Sequence record: DRR378314_197
Reading direction: 5' to 3' (one strand)
Length of the DNA stretch: 27,981 bases
Shown: positions 1 to 4,856 of the stretch, in pieces
How positions within the stretch are numbered: position 1 is the first letter of the stretch
How the letters are laid out: every line of letters starts with the position of its first letter
Translations under genes and position numbers: made by a program
The notes under the pieces: model-generated
What the model was told of the DNA's origin: nothing
Database searches by the model: none
Seen by the model: only the letters and a program-made list of their open reading frames with translations

Positions 1-1034
1 GCAACGGAATGCCTGCTGACCGGATTATCATCATCTGTAACGCTAAAATCCTTAAAGTAACACTCTTCTAGATAGCGTTTGAATTTATCAGGAATAAAGG
101 TCGTGAGAGCCGAAATGCCTCTGAGGGTCTTTTCGGTAATATGCTCGACAAGTACTTTTTGCTGACGCCCCTCCTTTTCAGGGTTGTCTGCAACGAAGTC
201 TTTCCTAATTAAAGCTTCAATCTTTGGATATATAATTGACGATGAGCTAACAAAATCATCTGCTTTATGCCGAGAAAGCGCCGACTCCAAAAAGCAAATG
301 AAAGGTGAAAGGTATTCATCATTACCCCATATTGGCTTTCTTTCCTCTATATAAAAAATAGCATCACTCTCTATTTTATTAATAAGCTCATCTATATTCC
401 ATTCAGCCCTTGCATAACTAATAATTGATTCCACAGTTGAAAACTTCAGTGCATAGAATGGAAACCAATTTTGCCTTAATATACTATCCCAGTCTGAGGC
501 AGATATTTTATGGATAGACCCAAACGATAGATAGGAAAAGTATGACCCTAAAAGCTTTTCTACATCGTACTCAATTTTTCTATTCAATTGATCATCTAAA
601 GGCGAAAAGTCAAAAATAAACGCTTTATCCCAGCCAAGTGATAGTATGCAAAAATAGGCTTGGTCTTCAGGAAATTCAATACCACTTAACTGTATGCGTT
701 CGAAACCTGAAATATCATCCTTTCTGAGAGCTTGCCCTTTTTCAATATTTTTTGCTTTAACGAATGCCTGTCCATAAACTTCAACTTCATTAATATATAC
801 CTTGGCCTTCAAGTCTTTAGAAATTAGCACAACCATACTTTTTATCTCGCTAGGCTGAAACTCCTCTTCAAGCATGGACAAGATGGTCTGGGGAAAGCCA
901 TTAAGATATTTTAGATGAAGATCACCATCTTCTGTTGAGGTTGCACCAGAGACCTGAACCTGAACTTTTTCGCCTCCTTTTGCGACAGAGACGGAGTAGC
1001 CAGCAATTCTCTCTTTTAACTGAACCTCATACAT
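1..1034 (-). CDS. Integron cassette D gene, >344 aa, runs off the window edge; probable C-terminal HEPN-domain protein
   Basis: My translation gives an unbroken minus-strand frame from ATG 1034 (GGTAGGGA RBS-like sequence upstream, just inside the cassette start) to position 1: MYEVQLKERIAGYSVSVAKGGEKVQVQVSG...IYPKIEALIRKDF...YLEECYFKDFSVTDDDNPVSRHSVA>. It is missing from the ORF track because the stop lies outside the window. IEALIR plus a terminal RHSVA(H?) fits the HEPN ExxxR / RxxxxH pattern, but the His lies beyond the edge. Confidence 0.85.
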   Translation of the reverse strand, partial: MYEVQLKERIAGYSVSVAKGGEKVQVQVSGATSTEDGDLHLKYLNGFPQTILSMLEEEFQPSEIKSMVVLISKDLKAKVYINEVEVYGQAFVKAKNIEKGQALRKDDISGFERIQLSGIEFPEDQAYFCILSLGWDKAFIFDFSPLDDQLNRKIEYDVEKLLGSYFSYLSFGSIHKISASDWDSILRQNWFPFYALKFSTVESIISYARAEWNIDELINKIESDAIFYIEERKPIWGNDEYLSPFICFLESALSRHKADDFVSSSSIIYPKIEALIRKDFVADNPEKEGRQQKVLVEHITEKTLRGISALTTFIPDKFKRYLEECYFKDFSVTDDDNPVSRHSV

Positions 1035-1064
1035 GCAGTATCTTCCCTACCTATCGAATTAATC

Positions 1065-1165
1065 TTCTAACGCCCGCCTAACAGGCGCAAAATGCTTGGC
1101 TAAAATTAGGAGCGAAGTGACGCAAGCCAAGCATTTTGCATCCTTTGTTGAGGCGTTTGTTAGCT
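1065..1165 (-). mobile_element. attC recombination site (101 bp, VCR-like ends)
   Basis: Minus strand reads AGCTAAC-AAACGCCTCAAC...GTTAGGCGGGC-GTTAGAA: inverse core, long imperfect palindrome (GCAAAATGCTTGGCT / AGCCAAGCATTTTGC) and core GTT site. The ends TAACAAACGCCTCAA / TTAGGCGGGCGTTA match my recollection of Vibrio VCR termini. Confidence 0.93.
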
Positions 1166-1404
1166 ACCGATACTACAAGAGTAAAAAAAACATTTTCTTT
1201 AGTGAAATCAATATTTATACCCGAACTAGTAGAGCCTTTGTAAAGGCCAGATGAAAATTCATTAATCGTTACTTGGTACTCGGAGCCCGCAATATCTTTG
1301 ACGATAGCAATCGAGCCGACAGACAGGCGCTTTTTAGCTAGTTTGTTGCCCGAACCCATGAATGGGATTTCATCAAGGTTGGAATTTTGTAAATCTAATT
1401 TCAT
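1078..1404 (-). CDS. Cassette C gene 2, hypothetical protein; likely frameshifted near its 3' end (reads through attC)
   Basis: ORF track 1078..1410. ATG at 1404 overlaps the upstream TGA (ATGA), so it is the likelier start. The frame runs through the attC instead of stopping at its TAAC. T8 tract at 1183-1190. Confidence 0.6.
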   Translation of the reverse strand: MKLDLQNSNLDEIPFMGSGNKLAKKRLSVGSIAIVKDIAGSEYQVTINEFSSGLYKGSTSSGINIDFTKENVFFTLVVSVANKRLNKGCKMLGLRHFAPNFSQAFCAC

Positions 1405-1592
1405 TGACACGATCCTCCCAACGGTTTGTACTCATTATCTTTGTTATTCCACGTTTGTATACAGCCCGTCCAGCGATCTGCTCTAACCTCGAATCCTAAT
1501 CTTGAACCCATATATTCATAACGAAACATAACGGAGAAAATAATAATCCCTAACAGCAATACGATTGCGAGTACTAATGTTGAATTTTTCAC
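1401..1592 (-). CDS. Cassette C gene 1, small membrane-anchored hypothetical protein (63 aa)
   Basis: GTG start with AAAGGAG RBS just after the GTTAGCT cassette boundary. N-terminal hydrophobic helix LVLAIVLLLGIIIFSVMF; two Cys in the C-terminal part. Confidence 0.75.
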   Translation of the reverse strand: MKNSTLVLAIVLLLGIIIFSVMFRYEYMGSRLGFEVRADRWTGCIQTWNNKDNEYKPLGGSCQ

Positions 1593-1608
1593 TACATCTC
1601 CTTTAGGT

Positions 1609-1663
1609 AGCTAACGCCTAGCGAACCGGCGGCGTAGCCGTCGGGTTACGCGTTTTGTTAGCC
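1609..1663 (-). mobile_element. attC recombination site (55 bp, minimal size)
   Basis: Minus strand GGCTAAC-AAAACGCGTAACCCGACGGC-TAC-GCCGCCGGTTCGCTAGGC-GTTAGCT: core and inverse core plus a stem with extrahelical bases. Confidence 0.92.
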
Positions 1664-1726
1664 TCGACTTTGTTTCACTTCAAATTGCGACGTATCCTGC
1701 CTTCGTTGTTCTTCTTATTGGTTGGC

Positions 1727-2053
1727 TCAACCTTCAGGCTTCATCAACTCCAGTCCGAATAGCACAGCTGAACGGAACTGTTCATCCTCTTCTAAAGGTT
1801 CTTGGAGAATCCCACCTACGCACGGCGCACCATAAAGAAGCACCCAGCCTAGTTGCTCGCCATTCGAGGGACCATGTGTGATCTCCAGGCGAACTATTCC
1901 GACCTCCTCTCTGACCATAAGTCTTAACTCGGCCGCGTCTGCGCGAACGAGTGATACGCGGTTACCAGCCCCACCAATGCTGAAAGGTGTTGTCTGAAGC
2001 CCAACACTTTTTGCTGATTCTTCGAAATACCGGATCGCCTGGCAGATATTCAT
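1727..2053 (-). CDS. Cassette B gene, hypothetical protein (108 aa)
   Basis: ATG with GGAGAAGG RBS a few bases after the GTTAGCC cassette boundary. Fills most of the cassette. No motif recognised. Confidence 0.75.
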   Translation of the reverse strand: MNICQAIRYFEESAKSVGLQTTPFSIGGAGNRVSLVRADAAELRLMVREEVGIVRLEITHGPSNGEQLGWVLLYGAPCVGGILQEPLEEDEQFRSAVLFGLELMKPEG

Positions 2054-2069
2054 AGGTCGGCCTTCTCCA

Positions 2070-2130
2070 GGCTAACGCCCGCGTAATAGGCGCGAGCTTG
2101 CGAGCGTCCTAATTGACGCGTTTGTTAAAT
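2070..2130 (-). mobile_element. attC recombination site (61 bp)
   Basis: Minus strand ATTTAAC-AAACGCGTCAATTAGGACGCTCGC-AA-GCTCGCGCCTATTACGCGGGC-GTTAGCC. Arms pair as CGCGT[C]AAT[T]AGG[A]CGC against GCGCCTATTACGCG, giving three extrahelical bases as is typical of attC. Confidence 0.93.
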
Positions 2131-2138
2131 CCATTGAC

Positions 2139-2447
2139 CTATTCGTAAAGAGTCCAACCGTGACATACGCTGGGGAATGGGGTGGCGTAGAAAAATAGGT
2201 TGAGTTCGTACGGGTCAAATTCTCTATATAACCAATGACCTTCGATTGGTCCTCGCACAACAGTAACGTTTAGATCGAACCTGGTTAAAAGCTCTGATCC
2301 GCAATACGAGGTGCGATCGAATTCCATGCTTTCGCCCTGCGCCATACTCCAGAGCTTGGGCTCTAGGGTTTGGTCCATGACGATGTCACTCGCTACTTCG
2401 GTCAGCCACTTTTTATGAAGCTTCTTTTCGAGACGGCTAGTTCGCAT
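2139..2447 (-). CDS. Cassette A (first position) gene, hypothetical protein (102 aa)
   Basis: The ORF track start at 2489 lies upstream of the cassette boundary. ATG 2447 (MRTSRLEKKLHKKW...) has a GAGGA RBS and lies inside the cassette. The stop is 8 bp before the attC. Confidence 0.75.
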   Translation of the reverse strand: MRTSRLEKKLHKKWLTEVASDIVMDQTLEPKLWSMAQGESMEFDRTSYCGSELLTRFDLNVTVVRGPIEGHWLYREFDPYELNLFFYATPFPSVCHGWTLYE

Positions 2448-2459
2448 AGTTCCTCGTAG

Positions 2460-2489
2460 ATTTAACATTTGTATATTGCGCACGCACAC
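2460..2489 (-). mobile_element. attI-like primary recombination site
   Basis: Minus strand GTGTGCGTGCGCAATATACAAAT-GTTAAAT. The core GTTAAAT is the exact complement of cassette A's inverse core ATTTAAC, but no attC palindrome precedes it, as expected for attI at the head of an array. Confidence 0.75.
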
Positions 2490-2498
2490 TTTATACCA
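2490..2498 (-). promoter_or_regulatory. Putative Pc cassette promoter (extended -10, TGG-TATAAA)
   Basis: TGnTATAAA about 25 bp upstream of the attI core, pointing into the array. No convincing -35. Confidence 0.5.
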
Positions 2499-2698
2499 AT
2501 CATTTCCCCAGCAAAAACCCTACTAACAGCGCAATGCAGTTCAATATCAGCAAAGGCAAAACGAGCATGCTCACTTTATTTTCTCTTTTGCTGAATATGC
2601 ACAAAATATGTTTTTATTATGTTATTGACAATAAAGAGTTTATCGAAAACAAGCAAATACAAAGTGCGCATATTACAGGACATAAGTGAGCATCTTGG

Positions 2699-3245
2699 TC
2701 AGTAAACGCGCTGCCAGTTAAAATACTTCTCATGGGCTAAAGCAAGCATTGGCATGTCTTCTGTTGTATCGCCGTAGGCGTAAATGGTTTTAAAGTCGGA
2801 TAAATTTACTTTTCGTTTAATGGCACTGACTTTATTCTCCAGGCTGCAGTCACCCGACACATAACGTCCCGTTAATTTGTTATTCTTTGTTTCCAGTTCG
2901 CTGCATACCCAGTTAATACCTTGTGAACGGCACCAGCAGGAAAGGTAAAAGTCTAATGAAGCCGATACCACATAAACTTCGTCTCCTTGTGCTTTGTGCC
3001 ATTCAATTTTTTTAAGGGCTTCGGCTCTGAGAACACTGGGTAAATATTGCTCGGAAAAACTACGGGCTAACCTCGTAATGTCAGCCACGGAGCGATTCCA
3101 GAACACGATTCTAGATAACAGCGGCCTTGTCTTGGACGGTTTAAGTAGTCTTAATTTATAAAGCGCAATAAACGGAGAACAGGAACTTAGTATAAGTATC
3201 CTGCCCTGTTATTGTTCCGTCAAAATCAAAAAGTGCAAGGTTCAT
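2699..3245 (-). pseudogene. HAD-IB (phosphoserine phosphatase-like) hydrolase, frameshifted
   Basis: ATG 3245 gives MNLALFDFDGTITGQDTYTKFLFSVYCAL* (HAD motif I DxDGT; stop at 3156-3158). A different frame continues SPFIALYKLRLL...VVSAS...K...AYGDTTED (motifs II-IV). Span is 547 bp = 3n+1. Confidence 0.85.
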
Positions 3246-3257
3246 AAAAGCCCGTAA

Positions 3258-3860
3258 TTAACTGGCTTTATCACACTTAGGAATCGCATTGATATTGCGC
3301 TGAACGTCGGTCTCTAATTTAGTAACATCCATATCCTCAAGGAATAAGAAAAAGTCCTCATCGTCTTGAGTTTTCAAATAAACATTCAGTTCAGAATTTC
3401 CCCACGAGAAATTATCATCACGACAGGCGGAAACCAGTCTCACGTTCATACTGCCCGCGCCTCCTTTTTCATTGTTTTCGCGGTAGTCTTTCACCATCTG
3501 TTGTCCTTCAGCCATTGTTTGCGCATCTTCTTTTGACAGCTGCATGACTGTAATTCTTTCATTTCCCTCAATGTCTTCTTTTAAGTTATCAGGAACCGCG
3601 TAGTCTTCATTAATAATTACCGGGAAGTGATGGTCAAAACTGGTACTTGGATCGTCAGTTCTAAAATTAAAATCAACAACCACATCGCCATCTTGCACGT
3701 TAACTCCATCCGGAGCCACAACAGCCACGACCAGCTGCTTAGGATCTGTTTCTAATGGATTCAGGTTCATCATTTTAATCATGGTACTGAGTGGAATATT
3801 ACTGCATGAAGCAACGAATGTTAGAATACTGGTTAAGAAAATGATTTTTAATTTGTTCAT
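3258..3860 (-). CDS. Hypothetical lipoprotein (200 aa)
   Basis: Signal peptide with lipobox FVAS-C followed by an acidic soluble domain. Confidence 0.8.
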   Translation of the reverse strand: MNKLKIIFLTSILTFVASCSNIPLSTMIKMMNLNPLETDPKQLVVAVVAPDGVNVQDGDVVVDFNFRTDDPSTSFDHHFPVIINEDYAVPDNLKEDIEGNERITVMQLSKEDAQTMAEGQQMVKDYRENNEKGGAGSMNVRLVSACRDDNFSWGNSELNVYLKTQDDEDFFLFLEDMDVTKLETDVQRNINAIPKCDKAS

Positions 3861-4016
3861 AATAAGTCCTAATTCAAAGCACCAAATGCTGAATTACATT
3901 CGGTATTGTTGGAAAAATGTAACAGGCACAGTTAACTGACCATTGGAAGGTTACAAAGTTTCAACATTTTATTAAGTTGGTACAAATTAGTAAGGGAGGA
4001 AATATGGTGGATCGCA

Positions 4017-4038
4017 CCTGACGTGAACGTCAGGCTAC
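4017..4038 (-). repeat. GTAG-family REP-like palindrome
   Basis: Minus strand GTAG-CCTGACGT-TC-ACGTCAGG: GTAG tetranucleotide directly 5' of a perfect 8-bp stem, 22 bp downstream of the mazG stop. Only one copy seen in the window. Confidence 0.6.
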
Positions 4039-4060
4039 GCCGTCCAAGTTAGTCACTTCA

Positions 4061-4834
4061 TCATCCTTGTTTTGCTTTCTGCCAGAGGGCTTCAAGTTCT
4101 TCCAGCTTGCAGTCGTTGGGGTGTTTGCCCTGCTCGCTCAGGCTTTGCTCTATGTGCTGAAAGCGGCTTTTGAATTTGTCGTTAGCGCGTTGTAGCGCGG
4201 CTTCGGGGTTTACTTGTTTATGGCGGGCTAGGTTAACGACGGCAAACAATAAGTCACCAATTTCTTCTTCAATATGGTCCTGGTCGGTGGCTTCTTTTAC
4301 TTCCTGAATTTCTTCGTCAACTTTGGCGTAAACGGGCTCGGCTTCGGTCCAGTCAAAACCTACTGACGCGGCACGCTTTTGCAGTTTGGCGGCTTTTAGA
4401 ATACTGGGCAGTTGGCTGGGTATGTCGTCAAACACAGAGCCTTTGGCATTTTTCTTTGTACGTTCCTGCTGCTTTATCTGCTCCCACTGGGCTTTAATTT
4501 CGGCGTCAGACAGATTGCGCTCCGCATCGGTGCCGAACACATGCGGGTGGCGGTTTATCAACTTTTCAGCGGTATGTGCAGCTATATCATCCAGCTCAAA
4601 TTGCTGCTCTTCGCGCGCTAATTGAGCATAAAACACCACCTGAAACAGTAAATCGCCCAGCTCATCTTTTATCGACTGCCAGTTACCCGACTGAATGGCA
4701 TCTACCACTTCGTAGGTTTCTTCTATGGTGTAAGGAATTAACGAGGTCATGTTCTGCTTTAAGTCCCAGGGGCAACCGCTTTCGGGGTCACGTAATCGGG
4801 TCATTACCTGTTGCAGTTGTTGCATGCCTTTCAC
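4061..4834 (-). CDS. mazG: Nucleoside triphosphate pyrophosphohydrolase MazG
   Basis: LRDPESGCPWD, EETYEVVDAI, ELGDLLFQVVF, second domain EEEIGDLLFAVVNLAR; downstream of relA. Confidence 0.96.
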   Translation of the reverse strand: MKGMQQLQQVMTRLRDPESGCPWDLKQNMTSLIPYTIEETYEVVDAIQSGNWQSIKDELGDLLFQVVFYAQLAREEQQFELDDIAAHTAEKLINRHPHVFGTDAERNLSDAEIKAQWEQIKQQERTKKNAKGSVFDDIPSQLPSILKAAKLQKRAASVGFDWTEAEPVYAKVDEEIQEVKEATDQDHIEEEIGDLLFAVVNLARHKQVNPEAALQRANDKFKSRFQHIEQSLSEQGKHPNDCKLEELEALWQKAKQG

Positions 4835-4856
4835 TGAGGTACCTCTATTGTTTCAA

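Larger units (their letters stand above)
1..2466 (-). mobile_element. Integron cassette array (cassettes A 2076-2465, B 1615-2075, C 1071-1614, D <1-1070) with no adjacent intI
   Basis: Three attC sites plus an attI-like site, all on one strand, with co-oriented promoterless ORFs. Each complete cassette has complementary ends (GTTAAAT/ATTTAAC, GTTAGCC/GGCTAAC, GTTAGCT/AGCTAAC). Confidence 0.92.

Noticed and set aside
1065-2130. Spaced palindromic repeats as a CRISPR array
   Set aside because: The repeats differ in length and sequence, the spacers are gene-sized ORFs, the ends are attC cores, and no cas genes are present.
2072-2260. 62-aa ORF, and the 1298..1486 + strand ORF
   Set aside because: Alternative-frame or antisense overlaps of cassette genes; the first runs through an attC.
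2447-2489. ORF-track N-terminal extension (MCVRNIQMLNLRGT) of the cassette A gene
   Set aside because: It crosses the attI crossover point. The RBS-supported start is 2447.
2625-2630. Perfect TTGACA as the -35 of a remnant intI promoter
   Set aside because: No -10 at 16-18 bp downstream and no LexA box.
2534-2689. 51-codon + strand ORF (MQFNISKGKTSML...) in the position and orientation expected for intI
   Set aside because: No RBS and no resemblance to IntI N-termini or catalytic motifs; likely chance.
4061-4834. mazG as an anti-phage MazG-like effector or part of mazEFG
   Set aside because: It is the ordinary two-domain MazG in its usual position after relA, and no mazEF is present.
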